From NCBI GenBank assembly GCA_964632315.1, contig CAZWEM010000010.1:43333-107332 (forward strand): a stretch of 64,000 nt of DNA. Direction: 5' to 3'. Under the pieces are notes generated by a model. The model saw only the letters and a list, made by a program, of their open reading frames with translations. It was not told the DNA's origin and ran no database searches. Source of the stretch: an uncultured archaeon (GTDB lineage: Archaea > Asgardarchaeota > Lokiarchaeia > Sigyniarchaeales > SOKP01). The translations under genes were made by a program, and so were the position numbers. This document shows positions 19,497-28,311 of this stretch, piece after piece (position 1 is the first letter of the stretch; each line of letters begins with the position of its first letter).

Positions 19497-20429
19497 ATGG
19501 AGAATAAAGGCATAGCTTTAGCATGTCGGATGGATTCTGAAAGAGCGATTAATCTAACTAAGTCATTATTTGAGTTTTTAGTGAAAAAGGGAGAAAAAGT
19601 TCATTTAGAAACACGTATAGCACCAAAGATACTGCCATATAATGCTTTAGATTTGGGAGATATGAATGCAGAAAATACGAAATTCATCATTACAGCTGGT
19701 GGAGATGGAACTGTTCTAAGAGTAGCTAGTAATCTCTCTCAAAAAGATCCACCTCCAATTTTAGGAGTAAATATTGGTTCGATTGGTTTTTTAGATGAAT
19801 CAAATGAACGGACTATTTTTAAAGACATAAATAGAATTTTAAACGGTAATTATGCAGTTGAAAAATGTGCAAAGTTAACACCATATATTATAAGAGATTC
19901 AGAAGAAGTAAAGCTTAATAATGCATTAAATGAGGTATTGATAATATCCTCAAAAAATTCAAAAGTACTCCTTATTTCAGTAAAAATCGATGGAACCTAT
20001 TTAAATAGAAGTTATTTAGACGGTGTGATAATTTCAACTTCAGTTGGTAGTACAGCATATAATTTGAGTGCTGGAGGATCAATCGTAAGTCCTTCTTTAG
20101 AAGTCATGCAAATAACACCATTAAATAGCTATGCTAGATCGGGATTGAAACCACTAATATTGCCCATCACCAGTGAAATTGAGGTAAAGTTATTGAGATC
20201 TCGATTAAATGCCAGAATAATTATTGATGGCCAGCGCACGTATAAAAAAATTCAACCAAATACAGTTATAAAGATTCGAAAGGCAAATGCTTATACATCT
20301 TTTATTAGACTTTCAAATAACCTAACAGATAGTTATATCAAGCGATTAAGAAAAAAAATTATTGGAACAATTAGGGTTCCTCTTGATGACAGCCCAGAAT
20401 CAGAAGAAGAATTCAATTCTAATTTTTGA
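19497..20429 (+). CDS. nadK: NAD kinase
   Basis: GGDGT, GVN.G.IGFL, ALNE and DG.IIST..GSTAYNLSAGG motifs. Confidence 0.95.
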   Translation: MENKGIALACRMDSERAINLTKSLFEFLVKKGEKVHLETRIAPKILPYNALDLGDMNAENTKFIITAGGDGTVLRVASNLSQKDPPPILGVNIGSIGFLDESNERTIFKDINRILNGNYAVEKCAKLTPYIIRDSEEVKLNNALNEVLIISSKNSKVLLISVKIDGTYLNRSYLDGVIISTSVGSTAYNLSAGGSIVSPSLEVMQITPLNSYARSGLKPLILPITSEIEVKLLRSRLNARIIIDGQRTYKKIQPNTVIKIRKANAYTSFIRLSNNLTDSYIKRLRKKIIGTIRVPLDDSPESEEEFNSNF

Positions 20430-20937
20430 TACGAATATTTTTTTGATCGGAATAGATTTTAATGTCATTCCACAAAAAATATACACCGTTCCTAAGATTT
20501 TAGAGGAACTTATGGTTGAAAAATATGCTTCTCGAAATAGAAATGTAATAAATCGAGTCAATGTGGCTATCGATAGTGGAAACTTAATTGTAGAAGAACC
20601 TACTGATAAATATTTACTACAAGTTGAGACAAACTCTTATAAAACCGGCGATATTCGAGCTTTATCTAAGGCTGACAAGCAGTTAATCGCGTTAGCTTTA
20701 GAGCTTAAGGATCTATTCGATAAAGAGGTGATTTTCTATACTAATGATTATTCAATTCAAAACTGCTGTAAGGAATTAAATGTTCATTATGAGGCTCTGG
20801 TTAAGAGAGGAATACGCCGAAAGATCAACTTTGAAGTTTACTGCCCTAATTGTAATGCCTTATACGATGCGTATAAATTAAATGAATTATGTGAAAGATG
20901 TGGATCGAAATTAAGGCGAAGACCAATCTTAAAATAG
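20386..20937 (+). CDS. nob1: Nob1-like rRNA endonuclease (PIN plus Zn ribbon); ORF open from 20362
   Basis: FDTN, TGD...LSKAD..LIALALEL, TNDYSIQN and CPNC...CERCG motifs. Confidence 0.88.
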   Translation: MTAQNQKKNSILIFDTNIFLIGIDFNVIPQKIYTVPKILEELMVEKYASRNRNVINRVNVAIDSGNLIVEEPTDKYLLQVETNSYKTGDIRALSKADKQLIALALELKDLFDKEVIFYTNDYSIQNCCKELNVHYEALVKRGIRRKINFEVYCPNCNALYDAYKLNELCERCGSKLRRRPILK

Positions 20938-20969
20938 GTAAAGAAATTAAATTAAAAAATAGAAAAATG

Positions 20970-21073
20970 CGGGCTATGAGGGAATTTCACCATCGTTGGA
21001 ATCCAATGATGCTTTCGAACCCCCGACCTGCTGGTTAAGAGCCAGTCGCGCTACCTGCCTGCGCCAATAGCCC
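20970..21073 (-). tRNA. tRNA-Lys(CUU) with 30-nt intron at 59/60 in the T-loop (20984-21013)
   Basis: Acceptor GGGCTAT/ATAGCCC; anticodon arm CTGG-CT-CTT-AA-CCAG; splicing restores GGGGG-TTCGAAT-CCCTC. Confidence 0.9.
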
Positions 21074-21104
21074 GTAGGGAGATTTTTTGTAACACTCATC
21101 AAAA

Positions 21105-21205
21105 CGCAGACGGAGGGACTCGAACCCCCGAGCGCTTACGCGCACCGGCTTGCTTGAAAACAAGAGCACTCAAGGCCGGCGTCTTACCAGCTAGGCTACG
21201 TCTGC
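21105..21205 (-). tRNA. tRNA-Ser(UGA) with canonical 18-nt intron at 37/38 (21151-21168)
   Basis: Acceptor GCAGACG/CGTCTGC, G discriminator, CCGGC-CT-TGA-G|A-GCCGG, long variable arm, T-arm GGGGG-TTCGAGT-CCCTC. Confidence 0.9.
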
Positions 21206-21460
21206 GTATTTAAAATGATGAAATACCAGCTAATTTACTAGGTAATTTTAGGTATTAAAATAGAGTATATTTAATTAAATAAATTTTTTTTGATTTTTGT
21301 AATTGTTTAATCATTATCAATTTCCTTTCACCAATATCTCTCAAAATTTACTCGGGTGTATCATGTTATAATAGCTTTAAATTAATAGAACTTGATGTTT
21401 AATGAGGTTACGTAAGCTTTTTTCGAAAATTATAAATTTTGCGCTTCATTAAAATGATTT

Positions 21461-21943
21461 ATGAGTAGTGCTAAAGACTTCAGATATTTAATTCCTCAAA
21501 AGTTATTCGATGAAATAACCCTAAAGGCAGCGGAAGCATACCCATATATTGAACACTATTGGATTTTTGCAGATCGAAAGGAAAATTTTGGCATTGTCAA
21601 TAAATTCATAACAAATCCCGATTTGAAAAAAACCAAGGCACACGTTAAACCCAGAAGTTGGATGAGATATAAAAAGTCTAAAATTTATAACATGCGTAAA
21701 TTTAAACAAGAGTTAGGTGTTGATATCGTTTGGCAAGCTCACACGCATCCTTCGGGGCAGGAAAAGCTCCATCAAATTGATAAAAGAATTTTAAAGTATC
21801 TTTCAAATGGAGTTATGATTATTATAATTCCAGAACTTGCAGAAAAAGAACTTAAAGGGCATTTAGTGGGTTGGTATTATGATAAGAGATATACAAAAAA
21901 ACCTATTATAGAAAGAATGGTCTTTGAAATAATTTCTGAATAA
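21461..21943 (+). CDS. JAB/MPN (JAMM) domain protein
   Basis: N-terminal PYIE and WQAHTHPSG.....ID JAMM-like motif. Confidence 0.75.
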   Translation: MSSAKDFRYLIPQKLFDEITLKAAEAYPYIEHYWIFADRKENFGIVNKFITNPDLKKTKAHVKPRSWMRYKKSKIYNMRKFKQELGVDIVWQAHTHPSGQEKLHQIDKRILKYLSNGVMIIIIPELAEKELKGHLVGWYYDKRYTKKPIIERMVFEIISE

Positions 21944-22102
21944 TTAATTGTCAAGTTCCATTTTCGGATTATTTAAGGATTATTATAAAACCGTTTTTTC
22001 TTTTTTTAGTTTTTGGATTTTTTTGTAAGATTAATTTTAGTGCTTGTTTATAAGTTTATGTTAATTATTGTCAATATACTTATATAATAATTATAATTAT
22101 TA

Positions 22103-23326
22103 ATGAAAATTATGGTAGTGCCAGAGAACTCAACAGAACAGGAAATCAAAGGGGTGAAAAAACATAGAACTTATTTTCAAGTCGATATATTGAAAATGGT
22201 AATGATTTTTCTGGTCATTTTTGATCATACAGTACCTTGGACTATCAAAGATAATTTGGGAGTATCACTCTGGGAAAGAATTTCTATTCCTGTTTTTATG
22301 GTGATAATGGGTTTTAATTTTGGGAAATCGTTTCAAAGCAAAAAAACTAATCTTTTGAAATCCTATTATACTCGAGAGTATTTCTGGAATAAGTTATTTA
22401 GGTTTATTATCCCATTTCTCATATTATATTTAGTTTCTACCATAATAGGTGGATTTTTTTATGGATTTAGTATAAATCAAATAGAAGCGGGTCAGTGGGT
22501 AACTCAAGGGGGTCTTCGTTTTAATGCCCTTAATTTACTTTTAGGAATCTTACCATTTTGGGGGCCAGGAAATTGGTTTATCCCCGTAATCTTTGGGGCT
22601 ATCATCATCTTACCTGGCTTATATAAAGGATTTTCAGAATCACGTTCGAGAGCAATATATACTCTCATCTTCTGCTTTATTATTGAAATTATTGTACAAA
22701 CAATAATTTTTGCCACATTTAAAAATCCAAACCCTCCTCCTACGTTTGCTACTTGGAATACTTATTATTATGCACTTTTTTTTATATATAGTATCTTTCT
22801 TTTGTTTTCAGCAATTGGATTTGGAATGTGGTTTTCACGAGATCATAACCTATTTAGTAAAAATAACATTTTTGTATGGGTATTATTCCCTATCAGTTTA
22901 ATTTATCTCATAGTGTATCAGTTCTATGATTATCGAATATTGGTAAATAACATCCCATTTCTCACAGGAGATTATAATTTTATGGTATTCCCATATTCAG
23001 CGTTTTTATTTTTAGTTGCAATGAAAGTTTTTCCAAAAGATTCTAAGACAAGGGTAGCCAAGATAATTAAAACGATAAGTAGATCTACGTATCATATTTT
23101 ATTGGTGCAAATTTTATACTTTGCGATTGTTTTTGCATTATATGGAGACCATTATGGGGCTAGTATATTTGGTATTAATCAAAGCAATGAGTTTATCGTA
23201 TATCTATATCTTATAATTAATTGGAGTATTTGTATTCCAATTGGAGTATTTTGGTGGCATATAGAACAGCGCATTATTCAATCTTTTAGAAGTAAAATCG
23301 AAATTGAACCAGAACCACTTTTTTAG
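22103..23326 (+). CDS. Acyltransferase-3 family membrane O-acyltransferase
   Basis: DILK...IFLVIFDH, IPVFMVIMGF, WFIP and STYHILLVQ motifs; about 10 TM. Confidence 0.85.
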   Translation: MKIMVVPENSTEQEIKGVKKHRTYFQVDILKMVMIFLVIFDHTVPWTIKDNLGVSLWERISIPVFMVIMGFNFGKSFQSKKTNLLKSYYTREYFWNKLFRFIIPFLILYLVSTIIGGFFYGFSINQIEAGQWVTQGGLRFNALNLLLGILPFWGPGNWFIPVIFGAIIILPGLYKGFSESRSRAIYTLIFCFIIEIIVQTIIFATFKNPNPPPTFATWNTYYYALFFIYSIFLLFSAIGFGMWFSRDHNLFSKNNIFVWVLFPISLIYLIVYQFYDYRILVNNIPFLTGDYNFMVFPYSAFLFLVAMKVFPKDSKTRVAKIIKTISRSTYHILLVQILYFAIVFALYGDHYGASIFGINQSNEFIVYLYLIINWSICIPIGVFWWHIEQRIIQSFRSKIEIEPEPLF

Positions 23327-23369
23327 GATATTTCTTTTTTTGGCATAAAGTATTAAAATTTTTAAAAAT

Positions 23370-23379
23370 TTTATATATA
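23370..23379 (+). promoter_or_regulatory. Probable TATA box of the tRNA-Ser/tRNA-Val pair
   Basis: tttatatata about 20-28 bp upstream of the mature tRNA 5' end. Confidence 0.45.
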
Positions 23380-23397
23380 ATACTCAAAATCAGATAA

Positions 23398-23480
23398 GCA
23401 ATCGTCGCTTAGCCTGGTAGAGCGCCGGTCTGCTAAACCGGTGTCCAATGGACTCGTGGGTTCGAATCCCACCGATTGCG
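23398..23480 (+). tRNA. tRNA-Ser(GCU), no intron
   Basis: Acceptor GCAATCG/CGATTGC, CCGGT-CT-GCT-AA-ACCGG, long variable arm, GTGGG-TTCGAAT-CCCAC. Confidence 0.93.
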
Positions 23481-23501
23481 TTCATATAATGTCAGAAAAA
23501 T

Positions 23502-23606
23502 GGGCCAGTGGTCTAGTGGCTATATAGTATGGTTTTCCACATATCAAGTTAAGACGCCACGCTTACACCGTGGATATCGGGAGTTCGATCCTCTCCTGGC
23601 CCACCA
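23502..23606 (+). tRNA. tRNA-Val(UAC) with 29-nt intron in the D-arm (~22/23; 23524-23552), CCA encoded
   Basis: Acceptor GGGCCAG/CTGGCCC-A-CCA; CCACG-CT-TAC-AC-CGTGG; GGGAG-TTCGATC-CTCTC; extra 29 nt in the D-arm. Confidence 0.88.
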
Positions 23607-23608
23607 TA

Positions 23609-24385
23609 TTATTTATATAACCTCTTAATTCTTTCAGGTCTAATTGCACTTATTTTGCAATTTTTTAGATACTTTCCAATATCAGAAATGATTCCTGGAG
23701 CTTCTGTGGTCTCTTTTAATATTACGATGTTCTCTAAAAAACCATATTTTTTTATTGAAACGATATCTCGAAGATGACCCGTTTTTTCTAAGGCTTTCTT
23801 GATCTGAGCCTTAGTTTCACCAATTATGAAAACAGCGTCTAAATTCTCATTAAGTAATTTATCAAACAAATTTAGTGTGGTGATATCTAAGACGCCTTTG
23901 AGATTTTGTTTTCCTTCATCGATCGAAGTAATTTTAACATGTACAGGAAAATCATTAATAAATTCATATGCTTTTATTATCTCAGGAACTGATTTTTCTT
24001 TTCCCTTACAGAGTTGTTCTCTTAGACTAATTAGAGTAATCAATACATCAACATTAGGGTTAAGAACGGCACAGTCGACAAATATTCCAAACCCAACTTT
24101 TCCTACATCCACAAAATTACCTTTTAATCGCATATTCATCTCAATATCATTGAAATTATGGATAATCCCTATTTCTTTCTCGAGTAAGTTTTTGATAAAC
24201 ACTTTTTCTGGTCCTTTAATACTTACCTCAATCCTATTATCATAATTTCTCAGCTTATTGAATTGAATTTGTGTATTTTTAAATCCAATTACCATTTCTC
24301 GAACATATTTTTTATAGCGAGAAATTATTGATTCTCTCTTTGGCAATTTGTCGATCAAAACCAATTTAATTACCATTAAAATCAC
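23609..24385 (-). CDS. DUF2110-like archaeal protein (S1/OB-like region)
   Basis: G..VDVGKVGFGIFVD and ALEKTGH.RDI...TEAPGII..IG.YL motifs. Confidence 0.7.
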   Translation of the reverse strand: MILMVIKLVLIDKLPKRESIISRYKKYVREMVIGFKNTQIQFNKLRNYDNRIEVSIKGPEKVFIKNLLEKEIGIIHNFNDIEMNMRLKGNFVDVGKVGFGIFVDCAVLNPNVDVLITLISLREQLCKGKEKSVPEIIKAYEFINDFPVHVKITSIDEGKQNLKGVLDITTLNLFDKLLNENLDAVFIIGETKAQIKKALEKTGHLRDIVSIKKYGFLENIVILKETTEAPGIISDIGKYLKNCKISAIRPERIKRLYK

Positions 24386-24521
24386 TTAGAATTATTAGTA
24401 ATACCAATTAATGTATAATATGTAAAATAATTTGACTTGTCCAGAGGGTATGTAAAAAATAAAATTTAAATTTAGCTTATTTCATTGATTAATAAAAATA
24501 ATTGATATTAAAATTATAATT

Positions 24522-24893
24522 ATGGAAAAAAGTAGATTTCAAAATCTAGTTCAGATGTTACAAGAACAAGAAGGAGTTGAAGAGATATTCTTATTGGATT
24601 CCACTGGTAATGTAGTTTTTAAATCTAAGGATTTTTTACTCACAAATGAAGAGGCAAGTTCAATTTTAAAAGCTTGGAAAAACAAAGATTCAGCACTCTT
24701 TTTTCAGAACACTCGATATGCTATATTGAAGAGTGATGAAATCCAATTAGCAGCTAAAAATATTGCTAAAGGAAAAGGAAATATTGTCGGTTCTATAACT
24801 AAAGAGGGAGATTACTTACTTGCACATACTCGCGATGAAGGATTAATTATCTTGGAGTGGTCTATTCTAATAAATAAGGTTGCATGGAGTTAA
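24522..24893 (+). CDS. Asgard profilin-like protein
   Basis: 123 aa; LLDSTGNVVF, W......F.NTRYAIL, LAAKN...KGNIVG and YLLAH pattern matching the profilin fold. Confidence 0.75.
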   Translation: MEKSRFQNLVQMLQEQEGVEEIFLLDSTGNVVFKSKDFLLTNEEASSILKAWKNKDSALFFQNTRYAILKSDEIQLAAKNIAKGKGNIVGSITKEGDYLLAHTRDEGLIILEWSILINKVAWS

Positions 24894-25053
24894 ATTTCAG
24901 TTCTTTTAATGATCTAAATTAGATTGATACTTTCTAAACTGCTTTTTTTAAAAAATTAAAAAAAAATATAAATTAAATCAATTATTACTTCTTTTCAACA
25001 AGAAAAAATAATGTAAAAGAATAGATTTAGTCAAAAAATCAGGAGAATTTAAA

Positions 25054-25782
25054 ATGTTTCAGCAAGCTGGTCGCGGGTATGACATGGCAATTACGCAATT
25101 CTCCCCAGAAGGGAGATTATTTCAAGTTGAATATGCGATAGAGGCCGTGAGAAGAGGAACAACCGCTATTGTATGTAGAAATGAAAGTTCTGTTGTGTTT
25201 GCGGTTGAAAAGAAAAATTCTGAATTACAAGAAGTAATTGGTTCAGAGAAAATTTTTAAAATTGACGACCATATTGGAGTAGCCATTGCTGGATTAACTG
25301 CTGATGCGCGAGTGTTGGTAGATCGTGCGCGCGTTCAAGCTCAAGTAAATTTATTAAATTATGATGAAAAAATTTCAGTTAAGGATTCCACCTTGAATAT
25401 ATGTGAATATCTTCAGTTATTCACTCAAAATGCTGGTGTAAGGCCTTTTGGAGTAAGTCTTCTCATAGCGGGAATAGATTCCGATGGAAAAGCTTCATTA
25501 TATTTAACTGATCCAAGTGGAGCAATGTGGGGTTACAAAGCATTTGCAATTGGCTCAGGAGCGACTGAAGCGAGAGATTTCTTGGAAACAAATTATAAGG
25601 AAGATATTACTGATGAAGATTTGAAATTATTACCATTAAGAACTTTAAAGGAATTAATGGGCGAAAACTTAAATGAACACACGTGCGATGTTGCTTATAT
25701 CCTAAAAGACGAAAGGACATTTAGGTTATTAGATCTAAATGATAAGAAAAAATTATTAGATAAAATACAGCAAGTACAATAA
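25054..25782 (+). CDS. psmA: Proteasome alpha subunit
   Basis: GYD.AITQFSPEGRLFQVEYA, GLTADAR, RPFGVSLL and TDPSG motifs. Confidence 0.97.
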   Translation: MFQQAGRGYDMAITQFSPEGRLFQVEYAIEAVRRGTTAIVCRNESSVVFAVEKKNSELQEVIGSEKIFKIDDHIGVAIAGLTADARVLVDRARVQAQVNLLNYDEKISVKDSTLNICEYLQLFTQNAGVRPFGVSLLIAGIDSDGKASLYLTDPSGAMWGYKAFAIGSGATEARDFLETNYKEDITDEDLKLLPLRTLKELMGENLNEHTCDVAYILKDERTFRLLDLNDKKKLLDKIQQVQ

Positions 25783-25861
25783 TCTCCTTATTTTATGTTA
25801 GTGTGATACTTTTTAAGTTAGACTAAAGATCTTGAATCATAATAAAATATGTGTATTACTA

Positions 25862-26653
25862 ATGATTGATAGAGCACGAATTGATTTAGGGGGATTCATA
25901 ATTGGACGCATTGAAAAAGAGGGTAGAAGTTTTGAAATGCTAATGGATCCCGATAAAGCGTGGGAAGCTAAGAAGATCATTCGTGAAGAAATCGGAAGAC
26001 GTCTGAAAGATGGAAATCAGAAGTCCCGGTTAACTATTCAAGATATATTGAATGATTCAAGAATATCAATGGAACTCATTTTCGAGAGTTTTACTGTTTT
26101 TGAGGACTTACGTAGAGGAAAAAAAGCAACTGACGGTGATATGGAAGCTATTTTTGAATCTACTGATGGCAAAACCATTGGAGCATATATATTATTAGAT
26201 GGAGAAATTCATTGGACGAGAGCCCAACGAGAAGAAGAGAGAGAAAAGAAGCTGAAACAAATAATAACGATAATTAGTAAAAATGCAATAAATCCTCAAA
26301 ATAAAAAGCCACATCCTTACCAAAGGATCGAGAAAGCGATAGAGGAATCAAAAGTAAAAATAGATTTAATGAAAAATGCGGAAGAACAAGTTGAAGATGT
26401 AGTAAAAAGTTTAAGAGCGATCATTCCAATACGTATTGAGCAAGTTGAAATGGCAATAAAGATTCCTACAGCTTTTACCGCAAAGGGATATAATGTAGTT
26501 GCTCAGTTAGCTCAAATTAAGAAAGAAGAGTGGCAAAGTGATGGTTCATGGGTCGCTGTTATCAATTTGCCCGCGGGTTTGCAAATGGAATTGATTGACA
26601 AACTAAATAAATTAACCCATGGAAGAGTCCAAACAAAAATCTTAAAATCATAA
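25862..26653 (+). CDS. Ribosome maturation factor SBDS/Sdo1 (ORF open from 25832)
   Basis: FE.L.DP, T..QR, INPQ...PHP..RIE.A, IIPIR.E and EEWQ.DGSW motifs; position between psmA and rrp4. Confidence 0.92.
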   Translation: MIDRARIDLGGFIIGRIEKEGRSFEMLMDPDKAWEAKKIIREEIGRRLKDGNQKSRLTIQDILNDSRISMELIFESFTVFEDLRRGKKATDGDMEAIFESTDGKTIGAYILLDGEIHWTRAQREEEREKKLKQIITIISKNAINPQNKKPHPYQRIEKAIEESKVKIDLMKNAEEQVEDVVKSLRAIIPIRIEQVEMAIKIPTAFTAKGYNVVAQLAQIKKEEWQSDGSWVAVINLPAGLQMELIDKLNKLTHGRVQTKILKS

Positions 26654-26726
26654 TTGTTGACAAGAATCTTATTTTACATTATTTTTAGAAGATTAGACAA
26701 TAATCAACATAAGAGAGAGCATTCAT

Positions 26727-27548
26727 ATGAGTGAAGATGAAATTAATGAAGAAGATTTGGATGATACTGTTGAAGATGAAGAAGAACTTGAAGATGATGA
26801 GGAACTTGAAGATGATGATGAATTTGAAGATGAGGAAACAACAAGAGACTTAGTTGTACCAGGAGAAGTTTTGACTACAGATACAAACAATTTTTTACCA
26901 GGTAGGGGAACATTATTAACAAAAGATAGATCAAAAATAATTTCTCTGAATATTGGGTTAAAACAAACAAAGAGGAATTATATTAATGTTATTCCACTAA
27001 GAGGTTTTTACACAGCTCGTCCTGGAGATAAAGTAATCGCTCTTGTCGTAGACAAAAACCCAGTTAAGTATCGATGTGATATCAACGCCAAGGAAGATGC
27101 AATACTTAAACCTAAAAATACTATCAAACGTGGAAGAATGAAAAGAGGCCATGATCGATATGATTCTGGGACTGAAAGGTATGAGGTAGGAGATATATTG
27201 ATTGCTAAAGTATTATCAGCAGATCGATTAAATTCACCTGAATTAACTACAGTAGGTAAATATTTAGGCAAAAAAAATAATGGAATTGTAATATCTATCG
27301 ATCCTCCTAAAATTCCTAGAGTAATCGGTCGTAATGGTTCCATGATAAAGATTTTGAAAAATCTTACTAAAACCAATATTTTTGTGACTCAAAATGGTAG
27401 GATATGGTTAAAAGGGGAGGATATAGCTCACGAAAGGTTATTAATTGATGCAATTCAAAAAATTGAACGAGAAGCTCACACAGTTGGATTAACTGATAGA
27501 ATGTCTGAATATATTGAAAATGAAAAAATTAAAAGAGGATTAAAATAA
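26727..27548 (+). CDS. rrp4: Exosome RNA-binding subunit Rrp4 with acidic N-terminal extension
   Basis: LVVPGE, VIPL.G.Y..RPGD.VI, KIPRVIGRNGSMI, QNGRIW and EAH..GLTDR motifs. Confidence 0.93.
   Translation: MSEDEINEEDLDDTVEDEEELEDDEELEDDDEFEDEETTRDLVVPGEVLTTDTNNFLPGRGTLLTKDRSKIISLNIGLKQTKRNYINVIPLRGFYTARPGDKVIALVVDKNPVKYRCDINAKEDAILKPKNTIKRGRMKRGHDRYDSGTERYEVGDILIAKVLSADRLNSPELTTVGKYLGKKNNGIVISIDPPKIPRVIGRNGSMIKILKNLTKTNIFVTQNGRIWLKGEDIAHERLLIDAIQKIEREAHTVGLTDRMSEYIENEKIKRGLK
26770..26836 (+). repeat. Imperfect 18-bp tandem repeat (~3.5 copies) encoding EDEEEL/EDDEEL/EDDDEF
   Basis: ttgaagatgaagaagaac / ttgaagatgatgaggaac / ttgaagatgatgatgaat / ttgaagatgagga. Confidence 0.7.
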
Positions 27549-28310
27549 ATGCCGTTAGTAATAAAAGATGAATACCCAGAAAAGCTGTTTAGAGATGATG
27601 GTAAACGGCTTGATGGGCGAGATAAAGAAGAACTTCGACCAATTAAAATACAAGTTGGCGTTGTAGAAAATGCTGATGGATCTGCTTATTTAGAATGGGG
27701 AAATAATAAAATTTATGCAGCTGTCTATGGTCCAAGAGAGGTTCATCCACATCACCTTGCTAAACCTGACAGAGGAATACTTAGAGTATTTTATAGAATG
27801 GCTACTTTCTCAGTTTTTGATAGAAAACGGCCTGCACCTGGACGAAGAGAAAAAGAAATTTCGATGATAATATCAGATTGTTTAGAACCAGTGCTTTTTC
27901 TCGAATTGTATCCTGGAACTTCCTTTGAAATATTCATTGAGGTAATGGATGCTGATGGAGGTACTAGATGCGCGAGTACTACAGTCGCTGCCTTAGCTTT
28001 AGCGGATGCAGGTATCCCTATGAGAAGTTTGGTGACCGCTGTTGCTGTTGGAAAAATTGATGGCCAAATAGTCACTGATCTTTCAGGAATTGAAGATAAA
28101 GCTGGAGAAGCGGATTTACCTTGCGCCATAACTTGGTTTAATGAAGAATTGTCATTATTGCAATTTGATGGTGAAATGAAAATAGAGAATTTAAATGAGT
28201 ATCTATCTTTAGCCAAAGATGCTTTAGACAAGATCTACGACCTTCAGGTAGAAGCATTAAAGAAGAAATACATTGAAATTCAAGAAGAAATAAGTGGGGG
28301 CAGCGAATAA
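27549..28310 (+). CDS. rrp41: Exosome exoribonuclease Rrp41
   Basis: RLDGR..ELRP, ADGSAY, YGPRE, DADGGTR and ALADAGIPM motifs. Confidence 0.96.
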   Translation: MPLVIKDEYPEKLFRDDGKRLDGRDKEELRPIKIQVGVVENADGSAYLEWGNNKIYAAVYGPREVHPHHLAKPDRGILRVFYRMATFSVFDRKRPAPGRREKEISMIISDCLEPVLFLELYPGTSFEIFIEVMDADGGTRCASTTVAALALADAGIPMRSLVTAVAVGKIDGQIVTDLSGIEDKAGEADLPCAITWFNEELSLLQFDGEMKIENLNEYLSLAKDALDKIYDLQVEALKKKYIEIQEEISGGSE

Positions 28311-28311
28311 A

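Noticed and set aside
21151-21168. Common origin of the tRNA-Ser intron (CUUG..CAAG) and the mRNA intron hairpin (CUUGA..UCAAG)
   Set aside because: Match is too short, and CAAG in the tRNA intron is dictated by pairing with the anticodon loop
21215-21256. C/D box sRNA suggested by ATGATGA plus a short hairpin
   Set aside because: No D box (CTGA) at a suitable distance; the region is the antisense of the tRNA-Ser leader/promoter
20938-23608. Integrated mobile element at the tRNA cluster
   Set aside because: No integrase or transposase and no duplicated tRNA 3' end was found
25976-26056. SBDS insertion as a second, in-frame mRNA intron
   Set aside because: No BHB pairing found at plausible junctions; it reads as normal helical protein sequence
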